A stretch of DNA of 64,000 nucleotides from Halorutilales archaeon Cl-col2-1 (GTDB lineage: Archaea; Halobacteriota; Halobacteria; Halobacteriales; Afararchaeaceae). The stretch spans positions 128,001 to 192,000 of the forward strand of contig CP169074.1 of the NCBI GenBank assembly GCA_041891055.1, written 5' to 3'. The translations under genes and the position numbers were made by a program. The notes below the pieces were generated by a model, which saw only the letters and a program-made list of their open reading frames with translations, made no database searches and was not told the DNA's origin. Shown here piece by piece: positions 21,257 to 31,373 of this stretch; position 1 is the stretch's first letter; the number at the start of each line of letters is the position of its first letter.

Positions 21257-21808
21257 ATGACCACGGAGAGAGCCACCTTCGCCGGGGGATGTTTCTGGTG
21301 TACCGAGTCGGTATTCAAACACGTCGAGGGAGTTGACTCCGTCGTCTCGGGGTATACGGGAGGCGAAACTGACGATCCTACGTATAAGGAGGTATGTAGT
21401 GGGAAGACGGGACACGCCGAGGCGGTGCAGGTGAGCTACGACCCCGACGTCGTGAGTTACAGAGAACTTCTAGAGATCTTCTTCTCGACACACGACCCCA
21501 CGACTCTCAACAGACAGGGACCTGACGTCGGAAGCCAGTACAGGTCGGCGGTCTTCTACCACGACGACGAACAGAGACGCGAGGTTGAGTCGCTAGTCGA
21601 CGAATTCGAATCATCCGACGAGTATCCCTACGGAAAGGGAGATATAGTCACCGAGATAAACGAGCTTGAGGAGTTCTACGAGGCAGAGGAGTACCACCAG
21701 GACTACTACGACAAGAACCCCGGAAACGCCTACTGTAACGCCAACATCGAGCCGAAGCTCAGAAAGCTGAGGAAGAAGTTCAGCGACACCGTCGAGTCGG
21801 ACGTGTAG
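21257..21808 (+). CDS. msrA: Peptide-methionine (S)-S-oxide reductase
   Basis: GGCFWC, GHAEAV, HDPTTLNRQGPDVGSQYRS, AEEYHQDY. Confidence 0.96.
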   Translation: MTTERATFAGGCFWCTESVFKHVEGVDSVVSGYTGGETDDPTYKEVCSGKTGHAEAVQVSYDPDVVSYRELLEIFFSTHDPTTLNRQGPDVGSQYRSAVFYHDDEQRREVESLVDEFESSDEYPYGKGDIVTEINELEEFYEAEEYHQDYYDKNPGNAYCNANIEPKLRKLRKKFSDTVESDV

Positions 21809-21863
21809 ATGTAGATTATCCCGAAGAGCTTTTGAGCTTTCTAAATGATCAAATAAAACATAC

Positions 21864-22763
21864 ATGACAGACGACAAGACTGTCGGATTCATAGGTCTCG
21901 GAATAATGGGAAAGCCGATGGCGGAGAACCTCTTAGACGCGGGCTACTCGGTAGTCGGAAACAACCGTTCGCCCGAGCCCGTCGAGGATCTGGTTAGCCA
22001 GGGTGCCGACTCCGCCGCGACGCCCGAGGAGGTCGCAGAGAGAAGCGATGTCGTGATCTCCGTCCTGCCCGACTCCGACGTCGTGAGGGACGTAGCTCTC
22101 GGGGACGACGGAGTGATAGACGGAATCAGCGAGGGCGACGTCTTCATAGACATGTCGACTATCTCTCCCACTGTCACACAGGAGATAGCCGACGAGCTAC
22201 ACGAGGTCGGCGCTGACATGCTCGACGCTCCGATAAGCGGCGGAGAGGAGGGCGCAATAGAGGGAACACTCTCGATAATGGTCGGCGGAAACGACGACAC
22301 CCTCGACGACCACCGCGATCTATTCGAGGTCATGGGCGATACTGTGACCCACTGCGGAGACCACGGCTCGGGACAGGTCGCTAAGGCGTGTAACCAGATC
22401 GTCCTCGGCGTGACACTTCAGGGAGTCAGCGAGGCACTCGTCTTCGCTAAGAAGGCAGGTGCGGATCTCGATGCAGTCCTCAACGCCATAAGCGGGGGTG
22501 CGGCTTCGTGCTGGGCACTCGACGCACGTGCCCCGCGTGTCATAGAGGGCAACTTCGACCCCGGATTCTTCGCGTCTTACCATTACAAGGATCTGCGTAT
22601 AGCCACAGACGCCGGCGAGGCTTTCGGATCGCCGATGCCCGCGACGGAGCTCGTCCACGAGATGTTCAAGTCTATGGAACAGAAAGGACTCGGGATGGAG
22701 GATCACTCAGCGATTATCAAGATAGTCGAGGATCTCGCCGACGAGAAGGCACGAGTCGAGTAG
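21864..22763 (+). CDS. Beta-hydroxyacid dehydrogenase (2-hydroxy-3-oxopropionate reductase / 3-hydroxyisobutyrate dehydrogenase family)
   Basis: GFIGLGIMGKPMA, DAPISGG, GQVAKACNQ, KDL. Confidence 0.9.
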   Translation: MTDDKTVGFIGLGIMGKPMAENLLDAGYSVVGNNRSPEPVEDLVSQGADSAATPEEVAERSDVVISVLPDSDVVRDVALGDDGVIDGISEGDVFIDMSTISPTVTQEIADELHEVGADMLDAPISGGEEGAIEGTLSIMVGGNDDTLDDHRDLFEVMGDTVTHCGDHGSGQVAKACNQIVLGVTLQGVSEALVFAKKAGADLDAVLNAISGGAASCWALDARAPRVIEGNFDPGFFASYHYKDLRIATDAGEAFGSPMPATELVHEMFKSMEQKGLGMEDHSAIIKIVEDLADEKARVE

Positions 22764-22820
22764 GAGCGCCGGATTCCGATAGGAGATTTTTTATATTAGT
22801 TTCGTCCATTGTTAAGTAGT

Positions 22821-24527
22821 ATGTTTGATGATGAAGAACTCGAAGAGATAAAACAGGAACGCGAGGACTGGGAGGATGAGACACTCGGTCCGGTTCTCGA
22901 CTCGTACGGCGAACGCAAGGACGAGTTCGCTACCGTCTCGAACCTCGAAGTCGACCGTCTCTACACACCCGAGGACATAGACCACCTCGACTACAACGAC
23001 GACATAGGCTTCCCCGGTGAGGAGCCCTTCACGCGTGGTGTCTACCCGACGATGTACCGCGGGCGTTTCTGGACGATGCGCCAGTTCGCGGGATTCGGAA
23101 CCGTCGAGGAGACCAACGAGAGGTTCCATTACCTCCTCGAAAACGGACAGACGGGTCTCTCGACGGCTTTCGACATGCCTTCTCTGATGGGACGTGACTC
23201 CGACGACCCGATGAGTGAGGGTGAGGTCGGAAAGGAAGGCTGTGCGGTCGACACTCTGAGGGACATGGAGATACTATTTGACGAGATACCCCTCGAAGAC
23301 GTCACCGTCTCGTTCACCATAAACCCGAGTGCGGCTGTCATATACGGCATGTTCGTCGCGCTCGCCGACAAGCGCGGTGTCGACAGGGAGAAGCTCAACG
23401 GGACATTCCAGAACGACATGTTCAAGGAGTTCATCGCACAGAAGGAGTGGGTCATACCCCCGCGTCCCGCTATAGATCTCGTCGTCGACACCATAGAGTT
23501 CGCGACGAACCAGAACCCCAAGATAAAGCCCGTCTCGATCTCGGGATACCACATCCGTGAGGCAGGTACGACGGCGATACAGGAGCTCGCCTTCACGCTC
23601 GCCGACGGATTCGGATACGTTGAGGCGTGCATGGAACGTGGAATGGACGTCGACGACTTCGCTCCTCAGCTCTCGTTCTTCTTCAACTCGCACAACTCGA
23701 TGTTCGAGGAGATCGCGAAGTTCCGCGCGGCGAGGAAGATCTGGGCGGACAAGATGGACGAGTGGTACGACGCCGAGGACATAGAGTCGAGGAGACTCAA
23801 GTTCCACACACAGACAGCGGGACAGTCACTCACCGCACAGCAGCCTCTCAACAACGTCGTCAGGACGACCATACAGGCACTCGCGGGAGTCCTCGGAGGC
23901 ACTCAGTCGCTCCACACTAACAGCTACGACGAGGCTCTCGCACTTCCGAGTGAGGAGGCGGTCAAGGTCGCTCTCAGGACACAGCAGATCATCGCCCACG
24001 AGTCGGGAGCCGCCGATGTCGTCGATCCCCTCGGAGGCTCGTACTTCGTCGAGTCGCTCACCGACGAGGTCTACGAGAAGACGATGGACTACATCGACCA
24101 CATCAAGGAGCTCGGAGACGGCTCCGTCCTAGAGGGTATCTTCGTCGGACTCGACGAGGGATGGTTCCAGAAGGAGACCCACGAGTCCGCCTTCGAGTAC
24201 CAGCAGAGGGTCGAGAGCGGCGACGAGGTCGTCGTCGGTGTCAACAAGTACGTCGAGGAAGAGGACGACCAGGACATCGACATACTCCACGTCGACGAAC
24301 AGGAGGCGTACGAGACACAGATCAACCGTCTCAACGAGGTCAAGGAGGAGAGAGACGACGAGGCTGTCGACGAGGCACTCGAAGACCTGCGTGAGGCTAT
24401 CGAGAACGACGAGAACACGATGCCTTACATAGTCGCCGCGGTCAAGGAGTACGCCACGATGGGCGAGATAATGGGAGTCTTCAAGGACATACACGGAGCC
24501 TACCACGAGAGTAAGCTGAGAGCGTAA
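22821..24527 (+). CDS. B12-dependent acyl-CoA mutase, large (substrate-binding) subunit
   Basis: PFTRGVYPTMY, WTMRQFAGFG, SISGYHIREAG, QSLHTNSYDEA; no fused B12-binding domain. Confidence 0.93.
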   Translation: MFDDEELEEIKQEREDWEDETLGPVLDSYGERKDEFATVSNLEVDRLYTPEDIDHLDYNDDIGFPGEEPFTRGVYPTMYRGRFWTMRQFAGFGTVEETNERFHYLLENGQTGLSTAFDMPSLMGRDSDDPMSEGEVGKEGCAVDTLRDMEILFDEIPLEDVTVSFTINPSAAVIYGMFVALADKRGVDREKLNGTFQNDMFKEFIAQKEWVIPPRPAIDLVVDTIEFATNQNPKIKPVSISGYHIREAGTTAIQELAFTLADGFGYVEACMERGMDVDDFAPQLSFFFNSHNSMFEEIAKFRAARKIWADKMDEWYDAEDIESRRLKFHTQTAGQSLTAQQPLNNVVRTTIQALAGVLGGTQSLHTNSYDEALALPSEEAVKVALRTQQIIAHESGAADVVDPLGGSYFVESLTDEVYEKTMDYIDHIKELGDGSVLEGIFVGLDEGWFQKETHESAFEYQQRVESGDEVVVGVNKYVEEEDDQDIDILHVDEQEAYETQINRLNEVKEERDDEAVDEALEDLREAIENDENTMPYIVAAVKEYATMGEIMGVFKDIHGAYHESKLRA

Positions 24528-24607
24528 AGTAGTGTAGTATAGTAAGAGTAGATTTCTCTTCTCTCTTCATCTCATCTTCTTCTCTTTTCTGCTCTATTCA
24601 CGTTTAT

Positions 24608-25582
24608 TTATACCGCAGCGCCGATGTGCTCCGCCTGCTCCTGGTAACGGTTACGTATCGTAACCTCGGTGATGTCGGCGACCTCGGCGATCTCCTGCTG
24701 AGTCCTCTTCTCGTTTGTGAGCATCGAGGCGAGGTATATCGCGGCGGCGGCGTATCCCTTCGGCGACTTGCCGCTTGCGAGTCCCTGTTCCGACGTCTCA
24801 CGTATAATCTTCTTCGCCCTCTCCTCGACCTCGGAGCTGAGATCGAGCTCCGAGGCTATACGGGGCACGAACTCGACGGGATCGGTCGGACCGATTTCGA
24901 GTCCGAGCTCACGCATTATGTACCTGTAGGTTCTCGCTAGCTCCTTCTCGTCGACACGTGAGACCTCGGCGACCTCGTCTATCGACCTGGGTATGCTTCC
25001 CTGTCTCAGCGCGGCGTAGAGTGCGGCGGCTGCGACTCCCTCTATCGAACGTCCCGGGAGGAGATCCTCGTCTACGGCACGTCTCTGTATCATCGAGGCT
25101 ACCTCACGCGTGTTCTCGGGGACGTTGAGCGCACTTCCCATCCTGTCTATCTCACCGAGGGCGTACCTCAGACCACGCTCCTTGCCCTTAGCCTGCGACC
25201 TCTTGTGCCACTTGCGGAGCCTCTTCATCTGGGCGCGCTTGTTCGACGAGAGCGAGTTGCCGAATGCGTCCTTGTCCTGCCAGTCGATCTCTGTCGAGAG
25301 ACCCTTGTCGTGCATCTTCTCGGTACGCGGCGCGCCTACACGCGCCTTCGAGTCCCTCTCCTCCGAGTCGAATGCCCTCCACTCGGGACCCTGGTCGATA
25401 TGTCCCTCGTCGACTACGAGACCACAGTCCTGACAGACGGTCTCGCCCCTCTCAGGGTCTTCTATGAGGCTGTCGGAGCCACACTCGGGACACTCCAACT
25501 CCTCTGACTCCTTGTTCACCTCCTCTGTCTCGTCCTCTTCCTCTCTCTCGTATGTTCTTATTGATGATGTGTTGTTGACCAT
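24608..25582 (-). CDS. tfb: Transcription initiation factor IIB
   Basis: CPECG...CQDCG ribbon, GPEWRAF, HDKGLST, two cyclin repeats, TEVTIRNRY. Confidence 0.96.
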   Translation of the reverse strand: MVNNTSSIRTYEREEEDETEEVNKESEELECPECGSDSLIEDPERGETVCQDCGLVVDEGHIDQGPEWRAFDSEERDSKARVGAPRTEKMHDKGLSTEIDWQDKDAFGNSLSSNKRAQMKRLRKWHKRSQAKGKERGLRYALGEIDRMGSALNVPENTREVASMIQRRAVDEDLLPGRSIEGVAAAALYAALRQGSIPRSIDEVAEVSRVDEKELARTYRYIMRELGLEIGPTDPVEFVPRIASELDLSSEVEERAKKIIRETSEQGLASGKSPKGYAAAAIYLASMLTNEKRTQQEIAEVADITEVTIRNRYQEQAEHIGAAV

Positions 25583-25646
25583 TACACTTATACATTAGTG
25601 CCTGAAACTTATAAATGTGTCGGTGACCTTGGGTAAATGTCACCGT

Positions 25647-26528
25647 CTAACGCACAGTTATGACGGGGACGTCTGAGGTCTCGATCATCTTCCTCGTAGT
25701 ACTTCCGAGCATAACGCCCGACGACGATCCTCCGTGGGCTCCCATTGCAACCAGATCGACCCCATGGACGTCGGCGTACTCAAGTATCTCCTCGTAGGGC
25801 GCGCCCTCTCGGAGCGCTGTCGTGACGCTCAGACCCTTGGAGTCGGCTATCTCACGTAGCTCTTCGAGTGACTTCTCACCGCCCTGTTTGAGACCTCCCA
25901 CGATACTCCTCGGTAGGTCGGCGTTCTGTGACAGCTCGGTGTCGACGACGTAGACGACGTGGAGTCTCGCACCGTACTTCTTCGCCATCTCCATACCGTG
26001 CTCCGCCGCCTCCATCGCCTCGCCGCTCCCGTCGGTGGGGACAAGAACCGAGTCGTAAGACGCCGGCTCTTCTATCCTGTTCTTCTCGGACTCGGCTCCG
26101 ACTCCGTTTCTCACTGTCATCACAGGCACGTCCGACCGTCTCACGACCCTCTCGGTGGTGCTTCCGAGTATGAACCTCTCACGTCCGCTCTTCGCGCTCG
26201 TACCCATGGCTATGAGGTTGACGTCGTTCCCGGCGGCGTAATCGAGTATCTCCTCGTGAGCCACCCCCGTCCTCACGACGGGTCTCGCCTCAACTCCCTT
26301 CTCCTCGGCTTCCTCGACTACATCGCGCGTCGCCTCACGTCCCTTACTCTCGAACTCCTCGATTATGTCGTGTCTCTCGCCGGTCTCGACGGGTATCCCG
26401 CCGTTGACGTCGGCGACGTATATCGGAACTACCTCGGCGTCGTGTCTCTCGGCTACTGAGAGGGCGTGTTCGACGGCGGTGTGTGCCGTCTCGGTTCCGT
26501 CGGTCGGGACGAGTATCTTATCGTACAT
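25647..26528 (-). CDS. Tandem-domain universal stress protein
   Basis: Two USP repeats (YDKILVPTDG / YDSVLVPTDG; LGSTT..V). Confidence 0.9.
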   Translation of the reverse strand: MYDKILVPTDGTETAHTAVEHALSVAERHDAEVVPIYVADVNGGIPVETGERHDIIEEFESKGREATRDVVEEAEEKGVEARPVVRTGVAHEEILDYAAGNDVNLIAMGTSAKSGRERFILGSTTERVVRRSDVPVMTVRNGVGAESEKNRIEEPASYDSVLVPTDGSGEAMEAAEHGMEMAKKYGARLHVVYVVDTELSQNADLPRSIVGGLKQGGEKSLEELREIADSKGLSVTTALREGAPYEEILEYADVHGVDLVAMGAHGGSSSGVMLGSTTRKMIETSDVPVITVR

Positions 26529-26598
26529 ACTGGGCTTACTACAACTCCACTCCCTAAATAAGTCATCCCCGCTTCGGGAGTCATCACTCATCTTTTAT

Positions 26599-28060
26599 AC
26601 TGGTCAGCGAGGCGAATACCCCGACCTTCCGAAAACCGCAGGTTTTTGGCTTCGTGAATCATAGGTTCACGGGCTGTTAGATCGGAGATCTAACAACTTT
26701 CGCTACTCTCCGATTAGCGTCAACACCGTGGTCGGGGATGAAGCCGACACTCACGGATACAAACCATTAAGTAAGTATGTCTCCAATCAAGGGACAGCGA
26801 TGGAATACAGTCACCGCTACCATGCTTACCCAACCGAGGAGGTAGCGGCTGAACTGGAACACCATCTCGACGTTCATCGCCAACTCTACAACCACGTCCG
26901 CTGGGACTACGAACAAGCCTCAGAAGACGACAAGCCGAGTGAGTACGACCAGAACAACAAACTCCCCGAATGGAAACAACAGTGGCCAGTGTTCAGCGAA
27001 CTACACTCGAAAGCCGCCCAAGCCACCGTCGCACGTTTCCACCGTAATCTCTCGAACCTTCGTAAAAAGAAAGAGAAAGGGTACAACGTCGGTCGGCTCA
27101 CACGGCAAGCACCTACCGATTATCGAAGCGTGACATACAACCAGAGTGGTTTCGACCTCGATGAAAAGAGGGGCCACGACAAGTATGCCTACGTCCGCTT
27201 CAGCAAAATCGGCTGGGTCAAAATCCGATACTCCCGCCCAATCCCTGACCCCGCTTCCATCAAGGAAGTCACGTTCAAGAAGGAGACAACCGGTGAATGG
27301 TTCGTCTCCTTTGGACTCGAAACCGACGATGAACATGTCCCCGAGAAACCCGACGTAGACTCGCTGGACGCAAGTAACAGCGTCGGGATTGACCTTGGTA
27401 TTCTCAATTACATCCACACCAGCGACGGCAAAACCGTGGAGTGGCTCAACCTTGAGGACGACTACAAGCGTCTTCGCCGCGAGCAACGCAAGCTGTCTCG
27501 CAAGGAGAAAGGGTCAAACAACTACGAGAAACAACGCCAGGAAGTTGCGAAGGTGAAGCGCCACATTCGTCGGAAGGTGCTGGACTACCAGCACAAGATT
27601 ACGACGTGGCTGGTCAACGAGTACGATGCCGTGTTCGTAGAAGACCTCAACGTTGATGAGATGCTTCAGGGTGATGAGAACGCTCGCAACAAGCAGGATG
27701 CAGCGTGGCGACAGTTCATCACACTCCTCGAATACAAGGGCGACCTGTACGGCACGCACGTCGTGCAGGTGGATGCTCGTGGGACGACGAAAGAGTGTGC
27801 ATCATGTGGTGTGGATACGGCGAAACCCATCTGGGTTCGAGAGCATTCGTGTCCGTCGTGTGGGTTCGAGACGGGTAGGGATGCGAATGCGGCGTTGAAC
27901 GTCTTGCAACGCGGCTTTCAGGAGATAGGGCTGGGATGGCCCGAAGCAACGCCTGTGGAGACTGTGACCGCTACGGACGCCGATGACTTTCGAGAGGTGT
28001 CTGCAAGTCACGTCGTGAAAACAGGAAGCCTGACCTCGTGAGAGCAGGATTCCCCGCGCC
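26599..28060 (+). mobile_element. Second tnpB-only IS200/IS605-family element (right end approximate)
   Basis: TTAT at 26595-26598, then cgaggcgaa and left-end stem ccccgacc...ggtcgggg followed by atgaagccgac, as in element 1; tnpB; no tnpA. Confidence 0.75.
26800..28041 (+). CDS. tnpB: RNA-guided endonuclease TnpB
   Basis: N-terminal YRYHAYPT...RQLYN; RuvC GIDLG / VFVEDL / RDANAA; Zn finger CASCG...CPSCG. Confidence 0.93.
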   Translation: MEYSHRYHAYPTEEVAAELEHHLDVHRQLYNHVRWDYEQASEDDKPSEYDQNNKLPEWKQQWPVFSELHSKAAQATVARFHRNLSNLRKKKEKGYNVGRLTRQAPTDYRSVTYNQSGFDLDEKRGHDKYAYVRFSKIGWVKIRYSRPIPDPASIKEVTFKKETTGEWFVSFGLETDDEHVPEKPDVDSLDASNSVGIDLGILNYIHTSDGKTVEWLNLEDDYKRLRREQRKLSRKEKGSNNYEKQRQEVAKVKRHIRRKVLDYQHKITTWLVNEYDAVFVEDLNVDEMLQGDENARNKQDAAWRQFITLLEYKGDLYGTHVVQVDARGTTKECASCGVDTAKPIWVREHSCPSCGFETGRDANAALNVLQRGFQEIGLGWPEATPVETVTATDADDFREVSASHVVKTGSLTS

Positions 28061-28108
28061 ACCGTGCGCTGGGTAACATTCAATTCTGAGGGCTTCGTAG
28101 ACACACGT

Positions 28109-31087
28109 ATGTCAGATATCCCCTCCGATCCCCGCGCCGACTATACCTATACTTCCAACTCTGACCCGGGCACACCCTCGTCTGTCGAGTCTATGAGAGA
28201 CGAGGTCGACTGCGAAGTGCGTCTCGATGACTTCTCACGAAGTCTCTACGCGACCGACGCGAGCATATACGAGAAGACACCTATAGCGGTCACCTTCCCC
28301 GAGTCGACCGAAGACGTCTCGGACATACTCGACTACTGTTCCCGTAACTCTATACCCGTTCTTCCGAGGGGAGGCGGAACCAGCCTCGCGGGACAGGCGG
28401 TCAACGAGGCGGTCGTCCTCGATTTCACGCGCCGCATGGACTCTGTCGTCGACGTAGACACCGAATCGCGGACCGCGACTGTCGAGGCGGGAGCCGTAGT
28501 CGAGGAACTCAACACGCGTCTCGAAGACCACGGTCTCAAGTTCGCGCCCGATCCCGCGTGGAGGGACAAAAGTACGGTAGGAGGCGCGATAGGCAACAAC
28601 AGTACAGGGTCGCACTCCCTCAAGTACGGAAAGACTGGAGCCTACATAGAGAGATGTGAGGTCGTACTCGCCGACGGTACTGTAACGACCTTCGGCGAGA
28701 TGAGCCTCGAAGAGCTACGTGAGATAGCCGACTCCGACGGCGGTCTCGAAGAACGTGTCTACGAAGAGGTCTTGCGTATTGTAGACGACGAGTCGGAGAC
28801 AGTTGAGGAGGCGTATCCTGATCTCAAGAGGAACGTCTCGGGATACAGCCTCGACCGTCTCGTTGAGGAAGCGCAACAAGGGAAGGTCAACCTCGCGCGT
28901 CTCCTCGCTGGAAGTGAGGGAACACTCGGTGTTGTTACGCGTGCGACCCTCTCACTCGAAGAGATTCCCGCCGAGAAGTCAGCCGCACTTCTTACCTACT
29001 CCGACCTATCCGACGCCCTCGAAGACGTCTCGGATGTACTCGACCACGACCCCGCCGCAGTCGAGGTTCTCGACGATGTCCTGATAGATCTCGCACGTGA
29101 CACAGACGAGTTCTCAGATGTGGTCGAGATGCTTCCCGACGGAACCTCGTCTGTACTCCTTACCGAGTTCTACGCCGAAGACGACTCCGAGGCGAGGCGC
29201 AAGGTCGAGTCGCTCGTCGACGACAGGCTGGGTAACCGCGCATTCGACCACCTCGAAGCCTACGACGACGACAGACGCGAGAGGTTCTGGAAGCTCAGAA
29301 AGAGCGGTCTGCCTATACTCCTGTCGCGCACGACCGACGAGAAACATATCAGCTTCATAGAGGACACCGCCGTCCGTCCCGAAGACCTACCCGAGTATGT
29401 CTCGGAGTTCGAGGAGATTCTCGAAGACCACGACACTTTCGCTAGCTTCTACGCCCACGCCGGACCTGGCTGTCTCCATATACGTCCTCTCGTGAACACC
29501 AAGACCGACAGCGGAGTCGAGAAGATGGAGTCGATAGCCGATGAAGTCACAGACCTCGTCGTCGAGTACAGCGGCTCGGTCTCGGGAGAACACGGCGACG
29601 GAAGGGCGAGGACACAGTGGAACTCGAAGCTCTACGGCGACGAAGTCTGGGAAATCTTCAGAGACCTCAAGTCCGCCTTCGACCCCGACTGGATACTCAA
29701 CCCTGGACAGGTCTGTGGCGACGTGAGTATGACCGATAGTCTCAGACACGGCTCCGACTACTCCCTCGATTCTGGTTCCGAATCCGACTCCGACGTCAAC
29801 TTCGATACCTCGCTCAACTGGGACAACGAAAACGGCTTCGAGGGGATGGTCGAGCTCTGCCACGGCTGTGGCGGATGCCGGGGTAAGCAGGAGACTACGG
29901 GCGGTGTGATGTGTCCGACCTACAGAGCGTCGGAGGAGGAGATAACTTCGACGCGCGGTAGGGCAAATCTCCTCAGACGTGCCATGTCGGGAGACCTCGA
30001 CGCCGACGCCTTCGACACCGAGTTCATGGCTGAGGTAATGGATCTGTGTATCGGCTGTAAGGGCTGTGCGACTGACTGTCCGAGCGGCGTCGACATGGCG
30101 AAGATGAAGGCGGAGATAGAGAACGAGTACCACGACAGACACGGTGCGTCGCTCAGGGAGAGAGTATTCGCGAACCCGGATAAGTTCCTCTCGCTCGGCA
30201 GCGCGTTCGCTCCCGTCTCGAACCTCGTCACACAGATTCCGGGAGCACGTTATCTCTTGGAGAAGACGGTCGGTATCGCACGCGAACGTCCCCTCCCAGA
30301 GTTCAAGAGAGAGATGTTCGAGGACAGATTCCCGTCGTCCCGTGTCTCCGAGTCGGAAGCCGAGATGAAGGCGGTTCTCGTCGTCGATCCCCAGACCAAC
30401 TACACAAAGCCCGAGGTAGGGATCGCGGCAGTCGACGTCCTTGAGTCGCTCGGTGTCCACGTCGACATACGTACCGATCCGACGGGACGTGCGGCGTACT
30501 CTCAGGGCTTCGTAGACGAGACCCGTGCGACCGCCGAGAAGAATGTCTCGGATCTCGGTACGCGTGTCTCGGAGGGATGGGACGTCGTCGCACTCGAACC
30601 CTCCGACGCAGTTATGTTACAGTCCGACTATCTAGATCTGATCGCGCGAGACGAAGCCGAAGTCAAAGCCGAAGTCGAGAGGGTCGCGTCTAACACGTAC
30701 GGATTCTTCGAGTACGTCGACACCGTTCTCGAAAGTCTCCCCGACAGCGGGGACTCTGCGTCTCAGAAACTCGTCTACCACGGACACTGCCACCAGAAGG
30801 CTGCGAAGAAGGATCACCACGCCGTGAACGTCCTCAGACAAGCCGGCTACGACATCGACGAACTCGACTCGGGATGCTGTGGTATGGCGGGAAGCTTCGG
30901 CTACGAGTCGGAGCACTACTCGATGAGTACCGCGATAGGTGAGATACTCTTCGACCAGATAGAGACGTCCAACGGCGACGTAGTCGTAGCACCCGGGGCG
31001 TCTTGCAGAACACAGCTCAAGGAGTACGACGGCGACGCCGAGGTCGTACATCCCGTCCTTGTGCTCTCCGAAGCCTTATTGAATTAG
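28109..31087 (+). CDS. FAD-linked oxidase fused to Fe-S/CCG domains (GlcD/GlcF-like 2-hydroxyacid dehydrogenase)
   Basis: PRGGGTSLAGQ, GSEGTLG, HAGPGCLH, SGEHGDG, CHGCGGC, CIGCKGC...CP, HGHCHQ, CCGMAG. Confidence 0.9.
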   Translation: MSDIPSDPRADYTYTSNSDPGTPSSVESMRDEVDCEVRLDDFSRSLYATDASIYEKTPIAVTFPESTEDVSDILDYCSRNSIPVLPRGGGTSLAGQAVNEAVVLDFTRRMDSVVDVDTESRTATVEAGAVVEELNTRLEDHGLKFAPDPAWRDKSTVGGAIGNNSTGSHSLKYGKTGAYIERCEVVLADGTVTTFGEMSLEELREIADSDGGLEERVYEEVLRIVDDESETVEEAYPDLKRNVSGYSLDRLVEEAQQGKVNLARLLAGSEGTLGVVTRATLSLEEIPAEKSAALLTYSDLSDALEDVSDVLDHDPAAVEVLDDVLIDLARDTDEFSDVVEMLPDGTSSVLLTEFYAEDDSEARRKVESLVDDRLGNRAFDHLEAYDDDRRERFWKLRKSGLPILLSRTTDEKHISFIEDTAVRPEDLPEYVSEFEEILEDHDTFASFYAHAGPGCLHIRPLVNTKTDSGVEKMESIADEVTDLVVEYSGSVSGEHGDGRARTQWNSKLYGDEVWEIFRDLKSAFDPDWILNPGQVCGDVSMTDSLRHGSDYSLDSGSESDSDVNFDTSLNWDNENGFEGMVELCHGCGGCRGKQETTGGVMCPTYRASEEEITSTRGRANLLRRAMSGDLDADAFDTEFMAEVMDLCIGCKGCATDCPSGVDMAKMKAEIENEYHDRHGASLRERVFANPDKFLSLGSAFAPVSNLVTQIPGARYLLEKTVGIARERPLPEFKREMFEDRFPSSRVSESEAEMKAVLVVDPQTNYTKPEVGIAAVDVLESLGVHVDIRTDPTGRAAYSQGFVDETRATAEKNVSDLGTRVSEGWDVVALEPSDAVMLQSDYLDLIARDEAEVKAEVERVASNTYGFFEYVDTVLESLPDSGDSASQKLVYHGHCHQKAAKKDHHAVNVLRQAGYDIDELDSGCCGMAGSFGYESEHYSMSTAIGEILFDQIETSNGDVVVAPGASCRTQLKEYDGDAEVVHPVLVLSEALLN

Positions 31088-31117
31088 ATTTATGGAGGCG
31101 TGACACGTACTCAGCCC

Positions 31118-31321
31118 ATGTCCTATATCGAGCGGCTCCGAGACAAACCCATAAACATCGCGTACGTAGGCGTCGCAGTCTTCTTCATAAACCACGTCTT
31201 TGAGGTCTTCCTGTCCGAGTACGTCTCGTACGCCCTAATGGGAATAGCACTCCTGCTGTTCGCGTACGGAGTCTACGGAAACATCAGCACGTCTTCCCCC
31301 AGAGACGACCCGTCGGCTTAG
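31118..31321 (+). CDS. Small two-TM membrane protein
   Basis: Two hydrophobic segments; fills the gap between co-oriented genes. Confidence 0.6.
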   Translation: MSYIERLRDKPINIAYVGVAVFFINHVFEVFLSEYVSYALMGIALLLFAYGVYGNISTSSPRDDPSA

Positions 31322-31373
31322 ACGAGAACAGAAGCGAACTACTTAATCCACAGCGCGTCTATATACAGCGTCA

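Noticed and set aside
24528-24607. Low-complexity purine then pyrimidine tract between the mutase and tfb
   Set aside because: Best explained as a terminator region between convergent genes; no regular repeat unit.
28042-28085. Exact right end and guide of the second tnpB element
   Set aside because: Only an imperfect hairpin is visible and no clear cleavage tetramer, so the boundary cannot be fixed by eye.
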